Positions 1-12,786 of a stretch of 64,000 nt of DNA are shown in pieces. The stretch comes from Octopus vulgaris (taxonomy: Eukaryota): the NCBI GenBank assembly GCA_951406725.2, contig OX597824.1, positions 35,650,001 through 35,714,000 of the forward strand, written 5' to 3'. Below the pieces are notes generated by a model. It saw nothing but the letters and a program-made list of their open reading frames with translations. It was not told the DNA's origin and made no database searches. Position 1 is the first letter of the stretch; each line of letters begins with the position of its first letter. Made by a program: the position numbers and the translations under genes.

Positions 1-763
1 AGGACGTAAACCACGACTGATTGGTTGCTGCAGAAGGCGGTACCCTATCATATATAGCGAGGTATCTTCAGATAGGAAACCTGGTTCTATTTACTAGCAA
101 CAGGTAGGATCCGAGTAAATGCATACAACAGCTTTGCCATAAGTTTACTTTTTGTCAAATACGGGATACGTATGAAATATAATCAATCTTATCAAGGGTA
201 TATAATTTTGAACGCCTCTAATACGTTCGGAGCAACGATTTAAGTGGAATTTAATTTGCATTTTTAATGATTTACCAAACTGAGATCAAATAAGAATAAA
301 TATATTCATATAAATTTTTAAAATTCTGTGTGTGCGTGTGTGTGTAGAGTTTATTTCGTATTATGGAATGGTCTCTCGTCCATCACTTGATCAAGATGTC
401 AAACTTAACTTAAAACTCTGGTCTAATGCTTGAGAAAAGGAGCAGCTTCCCACTGCCTCCACAGAGCCCAGAAGAGGACAGGAGTTAAATTCAATACCCC
501 ACATTGAGGAAATAGCCGTCAATTATACAATCCACCCGTATATTACTGTACTAGCCGTCCCTATAGGTGGTTCATAATTAAACCTCGGCAGGCTAAACCA
601 AAGTAATTTAAGTGCACTATTGAACTCAATACAGGAGTGGAAATGTGATTAAAATAATTAATTACGTAAATAGACTAATTAATTATGACTTTTGTTGTTG
701 TTGTCATTTTGAGGAAAATCTATTTCCGGATCTTACAGTGTTTCAGGAAGGGGTGGGCGATAT

Positions 764-970
764 TCTTTTTTTACTCTTTTACTTGTTTCAGTGTGTCGCC
801 ATGCTGGAGCACCGCCTTTAGTCGAGCAAATCGACCCCAGGACTTATTCTTTGTAAGCCTAGTACTTATTCTATCGGTCTCTTTTGCCGAACTGCTAAGT
901 TACGGGGACGTAAACACACCAGCATCGGTGGTCAAGCGATGCTGGGGGACAAACAGACACACAAGCGTAT

Positions 971-1002
<32 letters not shown>

Positions 1003-1013
1003 TTATTTATTTA

Positions 1014-1046
<33 letters not shown>

Positions 1047-1131
1047 TTTTAAATTTTATAGAAGGAGCTTCTACAGGACTAGAACTGTTTCATTCAAATG
1101 AATGTGGTTAACCCCGACTCAACCCGGGAAT

Positions 1132-1215
<84 letters not shown>

Positions 1216-1380
1216 TAAGACGGGCTTCTTTCAGTTTCCGTCTACAAAATCCACTCACAAGGCTTTGGTCGGCACGAGGCTATAGTAGAAGAAACTTGCC
1301 CAAGGTGCCACGCAGTGAAACTGAACCCGGAACGATGCGGTTCGTAGGCAAGCTACTTACCACACAGCCACTCCTACGCC
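764..1380 (-). mobile_element. tRNA-derived SINE, family A (octopus-type, CORE-like), full length with internal (TA)n/(CA)n
   Basis: Minus strand reads GGCGTAGGAGTGGCTGTGTGGTAAG (A box) ... GGTTCAGTTTC (B box) ... CACCTTGGGCAAG (CORE-like) ... GCGGTGCTCCAGCATGG ... GAAACAAGTAAAAGAG tail; the same sequence recurs many times in the window. Confidence 0.85.
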
Positions 1381-1563
1381 TACCAATACTATTTTCCATT
1401 GCCTTCTTTAGATCCGCATCGAACATGTTGTTAGAGAAACGAGAAATAGAAAGTGTGGTTCCCCACTCCCAAATCTATCCTAGAATACTCAGGAGTATCA
1501 ATGACGTCAAATACCTTCAACTAGAAATCGAAACTAAATCTCCAATATGAGAAACCGAATAAA

Positions 1564-1979
1564 GGTGGCGAGCTGGCAGAAACGTTTGCACGCCGGGCGA
1601 AATGTTTCGCGGCATTTCGTCTGCCGTTACGTTCCGAGTTCAAATTCCGCCGTGGTCGACTTTGCCTTTCATCCTTTCGGGGTCGATTAAATAAGTACCA
1701 GTTACGCACTGGGGTCGATATAATCGACTTAATCCGTTTGTCTGTCCTTGTTTGTCCTCTCTGCGTTTAGCCCCTTGTGGGTAGTAAAGAAATAGGTATT
1801 TTCGTCTGCCGCTACGTTCTGAGTTCAAACTCCGCCGAGGTCGACTTTGCCTATCATCCTTTTGGGGTCGATTAAATAAGTACCAGTTACGCACTGGGGT
1901 CGATATAATCGACTTAATCCCTTTGTCTGTCCTTGTTTGTCCCCTCTATGTTTAGCCCCTTGTGGCCAGTAAAGAAATA
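1564..1979 (+). mobile_element. SINE family B, head-to-tail dimer
   Basis: GGTGGCGAGCTGGCAGAA head, GAGTTCAAATTCC B box, GCCTTTCATCCTTTCGGGGTCGAT central domain (resembles the Meta-SINE domain, from recall), tail AAGAAATA; second unit restarts at GGTATT (1795). Confidence 0.85.
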
Positions 1980-1989
1980 ATAATTGTAG

Positions 1990-2160
1990 GCACGCTGATC
2001 AAAATGCTTAGCGGCATTTCTTCAAGGTTTTACGTTTGGAGTTGAAATTCCGCCGAGGTTGAATTTGCTTTTCATCCTTATGGAACAGTGGGGTCGATGT
2101 AATCGACTTACCCGTTCCCCGACATTGCTGGCCTTGTGTGCCGAAATTTGAAACCAATAT
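1990..2160 (+). mobile_element. SINE family B, older subfamily with alternative tail
   Basis: Diverged B body followed by GGCCTTGTGTGCCGAAATTTGAAACCAAT tail, also seen at 33925-33950 and reversed at 5690. Confidence 0.7.
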
Positions 2161-2309
2161 GACAAATCGAATATTTAACCTTGATCCTCTGATGATTACC
2201 ACTAAAGTTATGATTTCTCAGTAGAGGAAGAAGGAGTTAGAGTGAAACAATGTATATGAGTTGCTCTGAAACATGTTATTGCAACGTCTTGAAGAATTTC
2301 TAGTCTAAT

Positions 2310-2553
2310 GAATTGACCCCAATACTTACTTTTTACTACTTATTCTATCGGTCTCTTTTGCCGATGGTAGTCAAGTTGTGGTGGCAAAAACAGACACAAA
2401 CACGCACCCCCCCTACACACACAGATGTATGTATATATCGAAACGAAAAACACTTTTCCATTCTTCCCGAGCGTTAATCAAATACACCTGCTTGTTATTC
2501 CTACACCTGTCTTCGTCTTTTGTTTTCTATAAATTTGAACAATATGTGTGTGC

Positions 2554-2594
<41 letters not shown>

Positions 2595-2702
2595 TATATA
2601 TATATACACATATATATATATTTATATATATGTGTGTATATTTGTAAATATGTATATGTATGTATATATATGTGTATATATATGTATGTATATATGTATA
2701 TA

Positions 2703-2749
<47 letters not shown>

Positions 2750-2793
2750 ATATATACACACACACACACATATATATATATACATACATACAC

Positions 2794-2838
<45 letters not shown>

Positions 2839-2985
2839 GCGGTGGGTTTCTTTCAGTTTCCGTCTCTCGAGGCTTTGATCGACCCGATGCTGTAGTAGTA
2901 TATGACACTCGCCCAGGGTGCCACGCAGTGGGACTGAAACCGGGATTATGAGGTTAGGAAGCAAACTTCTGCTACACAGCCACGA
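2310..2985 (-). mobile_element. SINE family A, degraded, interrupted by a PLE tail and microsatellite
   Basis: TATTCTATCGGTCTCTTTTGCCGA ... TTCTTTCAGTTTCCGTC ... GCCACGCAGTGGGACTGAA match family A. Confidence 0.7.
2438..2542 (+). mobile_element. Solo Penelope-like 3' tail fragment
   Basis: CGAAACG...TTCCCGAGCGTTAA...ACACCTGTCTTCGTCTTTTG matches the 3' end of the PLE at 18743-18856. Confidence 0.6.
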
Positions 2986-3812
2986 CAAATTGAAAAATGA
3001 ACTTAGTGTATAGAAGACACAAAAGCACACTGGCTAAAACATATTGTTTGGTGGCTGTTGAGTTTATTGTAAACTGGTCTAACTACCAACACAATAAACA
3101 CAAAAATATTTTCTTCGGGTTACGTACTTAATGGCTGAAAACCATTGAATCGTACCTCTATATCTTACCGGGTTTTTTTTTATCGACTCGAAGAGGAATG
3201 TATTATTTCTTCCACCCCATTACTATCCATTTAAATAAAGATTATTTTCTTACATTGAGACAGATCACAAATGGATGTAGGTACAGGTAATTAAATCCAT
3301 TACCAATATGTATACAGTGACGTGCCCTTATAAGAACGGTTCTCTAAACGAACAGATTAAATAGCGAAATGTTTTCCCGAAGAAAGCTCAATTCTCATAG
3401 CGAACTGAAATTTGACCAGCGAACTGCAACTAGACTATGCATGCAAATAAGTTACTGGGAGACTATGTCCGGCGGTTTTTTTTTTAACATCCATGTATGC
3501 ATATTTTTTAGGTACGACTTGGAACTCTTCTTATATATATTATGATTACTCATGTAACGAACAGGGCTATATAGAGCACTATGTATGTATAGATGTGTGT
3601 ATACTTGTATGTGTATGTATACAAACACACATGAACATATATGTACATATATATATATATATACGAAAAAGAAGAACGAAAATGCTACTTTTTAAAAATT
3701 AGGTACATTTAAATTTCTTTACATAAATACATTAAAAAATGCTTTTGTTTTATATGCTTCGGTTGTTGATAAACTTTATCAAAAATATGTTACATCTACA
3801 TTTATATATACA

Positions 3813-4200
3813 CTAGCAGTATCGCCCGGCGTTGCTCGGGTTTGTTTCGACCCTTTACAATTGGAATTTTTGAAAAGTAAACATTTTGCATTATGTAGCT
3901 TGTTATTCTCTTTAAGTGAACAGTTTTCTGGTTGAAATACATCGAAAAATGGCGACACAGCAGTCAAAAAATCGTAAAAAATAGGGATTTTCATAAATAA
4001 AAAAAGCACCTTTTTTTATGTAAATAATTTTTGGTGTTAACATGGTCCGATTTGAATTTTTTTTTCTACGGAAGGAAGAGCAAGCCTTCTTCTATCATAC
4101 TCTCAATTTTGGTCAACTTGCACCGCAGGATCTCGGAGGAGATAGTGTTAGTTGAAGGCTATCAAACCTGCCATACACAGACAGCTTCAGCTTTATATAT
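3813..4200 (-). mobile_element. Non-autonomous Helitron
   Basis: Minus strand ends CCCGAGCAACGCCGGG hairpin + CGATACTGCTAG|T; the 5' end runs into TATATAAAGCTGAAG; close copy at 61210-61578. Confidence 0.8.
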
Positions 4201-4231
4201 ATATATATATATACACACACACATATATATA

Positions 4232-4437
4232 CTCTTTCACTCTTTTACTTGTTTCAGTCATTTGACTGCTGCCATGCTGGAGCACCGCCTTTAATCGAGC
4301 GAATCGATCCCAGGACTTATTCTTTGTAAGCCTAGTACTTATTCTATCGGTCTCTTTTGCCGAACCGCTAAGTGACGGGGACATAAACACACCAGCATCG
4401 ATTGTCAAGCAATACAGACACACAAACATACACGCAC

Positions 4438-4470
<33 letters not shown>

Positions 4471-4636
4471 TACGACGGGCTTCTTTCAGTTTCCGTCTAC
4501 CAAATCCACTCACAAGGCTTTAGTTGGCCCGAGGCTATAGTAAGAAAACTCTTGCCCAAGGTGCCACACAGTGGGACTGAACCTGGAACCATGTGGTTGG
4601 TAAGCAAGCTACTTACCACGCAGCCACTCCTGCGCC
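4232..4636 (-). mobile_element. SINE family A, full length, young
   Basis: Near-consensus from the GGCGCAGGAGTGGC head to the (GTAAAAGA)n-type tail. Confidence 0.88.
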
Positions 4637-4961
4637 TATATATATATAAATATTGTTATATATAAATATTGCTTATTTTTTAAACTTTTACTTGTTTCCA
4701 TCATTGGGCTGCGACTACGGTGAGGCACCGCATCGACAGGTTTAATCAACCAAATCGATCCCAGCACCAATTTCTTTTAAAGCTTGGTACTTATGGGATC
4801 GGAGCCTTTTGCCGAACAGCTAGTGGCGATAGAATTCAAACACGCGCGCTCGTAAATGAAATTAAATGAAGCTCTTTTCTTTGACACTACCAATTCTATC
4901 AAATTATCCCACCTTCAACAATAATAATAATTATTTATAAACGAAGCTAAAAGAAGTTTCA

Positions 4962-5665
4962 ACCCCAGTATTTGACTGGTACTTATTTTATCACCTCCAG
5001 AAAGATGAAAGGCGAAGTCGACTGTAGCAGAATTTGAACTCGATACGTAACCTGCCGGCACAAATACCTATTTCTTTATTACCCACAAGGGGCTAAACAC
5101 ATAGAGGACAAACAAGGACAGACAAACGGATTAAGTCGATTATATCGACCCCAGTGCTTAACTGGTACTTATTTTATCACCTCCAGAAAGATGAAAGGCG
5201 AAGTCGACCTTAGCGGAATTTGAACTCGGAACGTAACCTACTGGCACAAATACCTATTTCTTTACTACCCACAAGGGGCTAAACACACAGAGGACAAACA
5301 AGGACAGACAAACGGATTAAGTCGATTATATCGACCCCAGTGCGTAACTGGTACTTATTTTATCACCTCCAGAAAGATGAAAGGCGAAGGTCGACCTTAG
5401 CGGAATTTGAACTCGGAACGTAACCTGCTGGCACAAATACCTATTTCTTTATTACCCACAAGGGGCTAAACACATAGAGGACAAACAAGGACAGACAAAC
5501 GGATTAAGTCGATTATATCGACCCCAGTGCGTAACTGGTACTTATTTTATCACCTCCAGAAAGATGAAAGGCGAAGTCGACCTTAGCGGGATTTGAACTC
5601 GGAACGTAACCTGCTGGCACAAATACCACAAAGCATTTATGCTTGACGTTCTACTGATTCTTCCA
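4962..5665 (-). repeat. Tandem array of about 186-bp SINE-B-derived units (about 3.7 copies)
   Basis: Junction AAATACC|TATTTCTT at 5069, 5255 and 5442; the SINE head is present only once, at 5625-5665. Confidence 0.9.
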
Positions 5666-5689
5666 TAACCCCCCCCCCATCAATAATGT

Positions 5690-5885
5690 TGGCTTCAAAT
5701 TTTGGCTCAAAGCCAGCAAGTTGTGAGGTGGGGTTAAGTCGATTACATTAATCCCAGCGCTCCACTGGTACTTATTTTATCGCCCCCAGAAGGATGGAAG
5801 CAAAATTGACCTCGGTGGAATTTGAACCCGGGGCGCAAACTGCCAGAAAGCAATTTTGTCTGGCGTTCTACTGCTTCTTACATAC
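5690..5885 (-). mobile_element. SINE family B, old copy
   Basis: CTGGTACTTATTTTATCG...GGATGGAAGCAAAATTGACCTCGGTGGAATTTGAAC. Confidence 0.7.
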
Positions 5886-6317
5886 CCCGCCCCTCGTCAA
5901 TGATATTGACATAATTCTCACGTGATTATCAACCTAGCATTCTCCCCAGTCATATTATTATCTATATAAACATTTACCAACGTTTTCCAACGAAAGTCCT
6001 TCGTATTAAAAACATTGGCTCTTATAAATGCAGAGATCGCACTGTTTGCAGGTTACCTGCCGTTTAAATGTTGTAACTTTCAGTTCATTTTCACTGGGAA
6101 CTACCTAGGAATAAACATACAGTTCAAAGTTAAACTATAAAAGGAAGAGAAATACCTTTGAAACAGAAGCAGTAGTAGCAATGAAAATATACATTAACCA
6201 ACGAAGAGGGAGGGTTGTAGACAGTTGTTCAATCAGCTAGAAGTAGCAGCCATATCTTCCTCAAATTACAGCGATGACTTAAAAGAGAAAGTAAAATTGA
6301 ATAAAGAAGTGAAACGG

Positions 6318-6625
6318 GTCGACCCCGGTACTTATTTTTTAAAAGCTTGATACTTATTATATCGGTCTGTTTTGCCGAACCGCTAATTTACAGGGGCATC
6401 AACACGCCAACACCGCTTGTCGAGCAATGGTGGGGAACAAAAACAGACACAAATTATAATATATACGACGGGTTTCTTTCCGTTTTCATCAACAGAATCC
6501 ACTCACAAAGATTTTGTTGGCCCGAGGCTATCACAAAGCCTCGGTACGTAAAAAACACGTGCCCGCGGTGCCACGCAGTGGGACTGAACCCGGAACCATG
6601 TGGTTGGGAAGCGAACTTGCTACCA
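6318..6625 (-). mobile_element. SINE family A, diverged
   Basis: TTGCCGAACCGCTAA...GCCACGCAGTGGGACTGAACCCGGAACCATGTGGTTGG. Confidence 0.75.
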
Positions 6626-6659
6626 CATGTCTGCGTCTGCACCCTATGTCTGCGTCTGC

Positions 6660-6769
<110 letters not shown>

Positions 6770-7311
6770 CAGACAGACAGATTTTTGCTCTTTTGTTTTT
6801 GTTTTTGTTACGTTTTTTTGTGGTCGACCGAGGTAGCTGAACCAGGTTCATAGAAGAAAGTAAGGATACACTGAAAGGGTGCAATTTAAAAGAATTTTGC
6901 ATCAGGGTTGTTATGAAAGTAAATAAATGGGTTATAACATGGCCGAGTTGTACAAACGTTAAAGATAAAACAACATTGCGGCGACAGACAGTGTCACATT
7001 CTGACTGAGAATATGGATTCTTTGAACCATGATAGATTATAAAGGAAGTGGGGATGGGGGTGGATAAAGAGAGGACGTCAGACAGTTTCACATCCATTAA
7101 TTCGTCTTAATGAATGATGTCGTCAGCTTTCGAATGAGGCAGGTTCAACTTGGGCAGCGAGAAGACATTTTTGACACCCTCCTTATGAGTGATGCGTAGA
7201 GCTGCGACGACGTATTTATGGGCGTTGTTTGGCTTTTTGGAGAATTGCATATGGGTGGACATCAATTATGCAACTGTAATAGGTGATAGAAGACACACAC
7301 ACACACATGCA

Positions 7312-7385
<74 letters not shown>

Positions 7386-7506
7386 CATGTATATATATAT
7401 ACATGTATATATATGTATATATATGCATATATATATACATGTATATATATATGTATATATATATGTGTGTGTATATATATGCATACATATATATTACATA
7501 TATATA

Positions 7507-7544
<38 letters not shown>

Positions 7545-8380
7545 CATATACTCTAGTTAAAGCAAACTGGCTATGGCAGTGCTGGAGAACTGCTATCTCT
7601 CCCGCTCAATCTCTCTGTTTGTATCACTCTCTCTCTCTCTTTCTCTCTCTATCTTTCTCTCTGTCTCTTTCTCAATCTGTATAAGTGTGTGTGTGTGTGC
7701 TCATAGCAAAAGAGGGGTAGGAGGAGATAGAGAGATAGAGAGAGAGAGGCAGAGAGATTGAGCGAGAAGGTGATAGGGAAATAGGTAAACGGGTAGCGAG
7801 GGGTTATATGTTATGTAAAATGAGGCATGTAGCCGTGAATGTTATGAGCTGAGACCGACCGCATTAGCTGGGAGTCGGATTATTATAATCTGTTATATTC
7901 TGTAACAACTGTTTGGATTAATAACAATTATCTCTATACATCTCCCCTCTTTCCACCAGTTCTACTATTTATAAGTTTTCTCACTTCCTATGTTTTTCAT
8001 TCTGTTTATTTCCTCTTTCACTATGACACTTCCTCCTCCATTCCTTTCTCAATTAATTAATTAATTAATTATTCTATTTGATTGTTACTTCCTCATAAGC
8101 CAATTTCCGTATTCACTTTCGCGTTAACCGTGTCCTAATGGTCCGCCCTGCAGCACTTTTCCACTCTTAGCACTATCCGAGCTTCACCTAAATTATTATG
8201 TTTTCTGGAGAACATTTCTCCAGACAAAAACTTGTGGCATCCTTTCAAAAAAATGTTTTTATTCGCCTCATCATTAGACTGAAAACAACGTAAAAGAAAT
8301 TTTGTCTGAAAATCGTATATATTTCAATTGAAACTGGGTTTCAGGATAGATTTGTTCTTTAACTATTTAAAGAATATAAG

Positions 8381-8805
8381 GGCCGCGAGCTGGCAGAAAA
8401 GTTAGCACGCCGGGCGAAATGCGTAGCCGTATTTCGTCTGCCGTTACGTTCTGAGTTCAAATTCCGCCCAGGTCGACTTTGCCTTTCATCCTTTCGGGGT
8501 CAATAAATTAATTACCAGTTACGCACTGGGGTCGATGTAATCGACTTAATCCGTTTGTCTGTCCTTGTTTATGCGCTCTGTGTTTAGCCCCTTGTAGGTA
8601 GTAAAGAAATAGGTATTTCGTCTATTTTCGTCTGCCGTTACGTTCTGAGTTCAAATTCCGCCGAGGTCGACTTTGCCTTTCATCCTTTCGGGGTCAATAC
8701 ATTAAGTACCAGTTATGCACTGGGGTCGATATAATCGACCTAATCCGTTTGTCTGTCCTTGTTTGTCCTCTATGTGTTTAGCCCCTTGTGGGTAGTAAAG
8801 AAATA
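8381..8805 (+). mobile_element. SINE family B dimer with 13-bp TSD
   Basis: TSD TATTTAAAGAATA at 8364-8376 and 8806-8818; internal AAGAAATA|GGTATTTCGTC junction. Confidence 0.88.
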
Positions 8806-9622
8806 TATTTAAAGAATAGAAAAACATATGGTAATATCGTATAGCTATTGCGGTGTAAAGAACTTTACTGTTTGGTTTTAAAATGAATAATGGAATCACA
8901 ATCATTAGAATGCCTTCCTCGATTGAACCAAATCATGAAGCGCTACAATGAAATTACAATCATCATCATCACTATAATCATCCTTAGTGCTATCATCACC
9001 ATTTTACTCCATTCTCTTGACTACCCTTGTCCATTTATTATCTATATTTGTTGCAAAAGTTGAGTGTGGGCTGTTCTTTTAGATGTCCCCACTTCTGTAA
9101 CAACCACTCAATGATCTTTGCACTCAATAGATGTTCTTCTCTCTTCGAGAGAAGACACCACCACTTAGCGATTCCCTGAAAATGGTTTTTACTCAAAACA
9201 GCCCTTTTGCTGAATATATCAAAGTATTGTTTAAACTTCGAAGGCAGCACGACAGTCGTATTAAAGATACACATTCACTTATTTACATAAATATAAACAT
9301 GCATAAACTCGCACATACACGTACAAACACATACACATTCGCACACATTCACAAATACAAAAAGTACCAATATATACAAATAGCAAGCAAGCACAAAACA
9401 CACATGTATATATTCGTCCCTATATCACACCTTGTTGGTGTGATATAGGGATATATCTATACAAACACAATCCCTCATATACATATGCCTCTGCCTACAT
9501 GTGTGTGTGTAAACACATAAGTATCCGTTTCTAAACATCACACACGCACACACACACACAAACACACACACTCACACACATACACACACCTGTAGATAGT
9601 ATCTGTGCGTGTATAGATAGAG

Positions 9623-9687
<65 letters not shown>

Positions 9688-9711
9688 TGAAGGTGGGTAG
9701 GTAAGTAGGTA

Positions 9712-10187
9712 GGTTGCAGGCAGTTTTATGGCTCGCATGACGTTCTTTTGCCAGTTTTCGAGAGGTTTTACGTGGATCTTTTTCAAAGACGGTCTTTAAT
9801 TGACCGTCATCGATGACAGATGGGCGTCCACTACGCTCAACATCTTCAAGGCTCAGGTCTTCACTGCGAACCATTTTCGAGTTGACCACTGGCCATTTCC
9901 TCGCCAAATGTTTCGCTCATATAGCGAGCAGCTTCAGCTGCTTTACGTCTTTTTTTGAAGTTGAATAGCAAAATTGCTCGAATAACGCGCTTTGACAGTT
10001 CTATTTCAGATGGTTGTAACAACAGTAAAAAATATCGATGTTAACTTATTGATGCATTTGGGCAAGTCTCTTTCTGTATTGTCAGGCAATTACTGCAAAA
10101 AAAATTTTTTTTTTAATTCAAAACTTTGGAAAAGTCCGGTACAAATTCTTCATGATTCAAAACGTTGCCTATTCTTTACTCAACCTG

Positions 10188-10189
<2 letters not shown>
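9712..10189 (-). mobile_element. Mariner (Tc1/mariner) transposon 5' relic, N-terminal HTH region
   Basis: Frameshifted translation IRAILLFNFKKRRKAAEAARYMSETFGE...DLSLEDVERSGRPSVIDDGQLKTVFEKDPRKTSRKLAKE (mariner HTH1, RSGRP linker); the end ATCAGGTTGAGTAAAGAATAGGCAACGTTTT resembles a mariner TIR next to TA. Confidence 0.8.
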
Positions 10190-10257
<68 letters not shown>

Positions 10258-11319
10258 TTATCTATATATATGTATGTGTATATATATATATATGGATATA
10301 TATATATTTATATATATATACATAATATGTATGTATATATATATTATATATATATATTTGTGTGTATATGTGTATATATGTATGTATATGTATATATATA
10401 CATATATACACACACACATATATATATATATATACATACGTACATATATACATACATACATACATACATACATACATACATACATACATACATACATACA
10501 TACAATTATATATATGTGTGTGTATTCATGTATGTCATGTATGTGTGAGTGTGTGTGTAAAATTTGATGGCAGACTCAAGAGTCGAAAGTTCCTAAGTGT
10601 TTTACTCCAATATTCAGGCATAGTGCAGATGACCTATTGTGTCACCTGAGTATTTTCCCACAATCTGTTCCTTCGAATGTTGTGACTAGTACATACCGAA
10701 TGTTTGAGGTGCTGAGTGAGTGCTGACTAATTGGTGTGTTTTGGGTGCAGATATGAATCAGAAGAGGAGGACAGATTTAGAAAACCAGTTAACAGGAACA
10801 ATTTGACCTGTCACCACTAATTATAATGATGTAATCATTCGGTTCTGTACTAAATGATATAAACATACCTATCAAGTATATACTCATGTTTGTATCAAGT
10901 ATGTGTATGTATACATTCTCGCATGGTAAGCCACGCATGGTAAGCCAGTCCATTACACGGAAACAATTTACACTATGTACTTCTTACCTCATTACCTATT
11001 TGAACTTTCAAATAATTAGGATACAGGTGCGACAACTGATTTTTTTATAATGTTATTTTGACTGTTCGTATGTTCGTATTTGAAATCTGAACGAAGGCTT
11101 CCTAAGTTTTATTGACCCTATTAAGATTGCGGAACTAATCTCCAAGAGTGCAAATAGTGTTCAGAATTGCTGATTGAACATAACCCATATTATAATCATC
11201 AGAGTCGTTAGATACATGAACGACGAGCTTCCGCACAGTTTCCTCTATATCATATTCACTCACAAGACATTGACCTTGCTTGCGTCACAGTTGATTGTAT
11301 AGTTGTCCATGAACACAAC

Positions 11320-11585
11320 ACACAGCCCGATGTTTTTGAACAAGATACTTTGTTTCAAGTTACTCAGTTCCCTCAGCTGTAGAAATGAGTTGCGACATCA
11401 CTGGTGCCAAGCTGTATCGGCCTCTGGCTCTCCCTTAAATAGCATCGGTGGCGTCGAGAGGGGAGGTTGATATGCATGGATGACTGCTGATCTTCCATAA
11501 ATAACTTTGCCCGGTTTTTTGCCATGAAGGGGAACTTTCTAAGTTCAATTCCATGATCATTCATGACCGAAGAGGGTCTTGTCCT
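11320..11585 (+). mobile_element. CORE-type SINE with a different tail (family D), 5' part lost
   Basis: TGAACAAGATACTTTGTTTCAAGTTACTCAGTTCCCTCAGCTG is homologous to the family C core; distinct 3' region follows. Confidence 0.55.
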
Positions 11586-11991
11586 TAGTTGCCCATGAGA
11601 AACCTAAAACTTCCCTGTTAATATTAAAGTATTTATCGGTTGTAAATGAAACAATCAAACATAACACAACGTACATTTGAATATCAACACAAGTAATGCC
11701 AACCAGAAGATATTTGAATATGGCGCCTTTATAACTTTAATCAGCTTCATTGGGTAATGTATTTAAATACTTGTGAACAAGAGAACTAGTAGGATTTCAG
11801 ATCTTTCCCTTTTAAAATAGAAAATCTGTTGATGTATTCCCCTTTCATTCAATTACGTTTATTGTGTTACATCACATTTGTATTTGTACTAACGGTGAAG
11901 GACGTTTAGTAAACGAACATCTTGGACAAGATTATCTAAAGCATACATACGTACATACATACATACATACATACATACATACATACATACA

Positions 11992-12022
<31 letters not shown>

Positions 12023-12199
12023 CTTTTATTTTTTACTTGTCTCAGTCATTTCACTGTGGTCATGCTGGGGCCGAACAAATCGACCCCACTACTTTTTTTA
12101 AAAACAAAAAAAGTCAGGTGCTTATTGAACTGTTCTTTTTTCCCCATGGGCTGTGACCTCTATAAAAAAAACTACTTGATATTTGTTAGCTTTGTACAC

Positions 12200-12700
12200 A
12201 TGGGGAACTAGCTTGTAGATTTAGGAAAGCTCTGAAGGAGACCAAACTCAACATTAAGATCGTTGAAAAGCCAGGGAGCTCCATCAGATCAGTTATGTTG
12301 GTCACACTCCTTCGAGAATACCAAATGCACCAATGACAACTACATGGTATGCAAGATTAACCCTGGCACTAACTGTAGAACTAGAAATGTAGTCTACAGC
12401 ATAAGGTGCATAGAGGGGACATGACATACATTGGCGACAGATTTAGAAGCATTGCGGAGAAATTAAATGAGCATTTGAGACAATATGACGACAAAAAACA
12501 GTCCTCTATACTCTACCAACATGCCAAAGACCACCAACATGGAGACACACGGGGCCGACTTGACATCCGCATTTTATCCAATCACCCGAGGGACCCATCA
12601 CTCAGACAATTACAGCAGTACGTCCTCATAAATGAAACATCCCTTGTACTAAATAGGAAATACACATAGAAATTAGTGATACCCCGATACCCACAATATA
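12200..12700 (+). pseudogene. Penelope-like element GIY-YIG endonuclease relic
   Basis: Frameshifted KALKETKLNIKIVEKPGSSI...KCTNDNYMVCKINPGTNCRTRNVVYSIRC...TYIGDRFRSIAEKLNEH...LYQHAKDHQH...LNRK: Cys linker plus VY/YIG motifs. Confidence 0.8.
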
Positions 12701-12741
12701 TACATATACAGGTAGATCTATTAGTAGACTGTTATGTATGC

Positions 12742-12786
<45 letters not shown>

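Noticed and set aside
1521-1894. Recurrent peptide RNWYLFNRPRKDERQSRPRRNLNSER in many ORFs
   Set aside because: Antisense translation of SINE B; recurrence reflects copy number, not a protein family
4962-5665. Regular repeat array as a possible CRISPR
   Set aside because: Units are whole SINE-derived 186-mers with no unique spacers, no cas genes, and the context is eukaryotic
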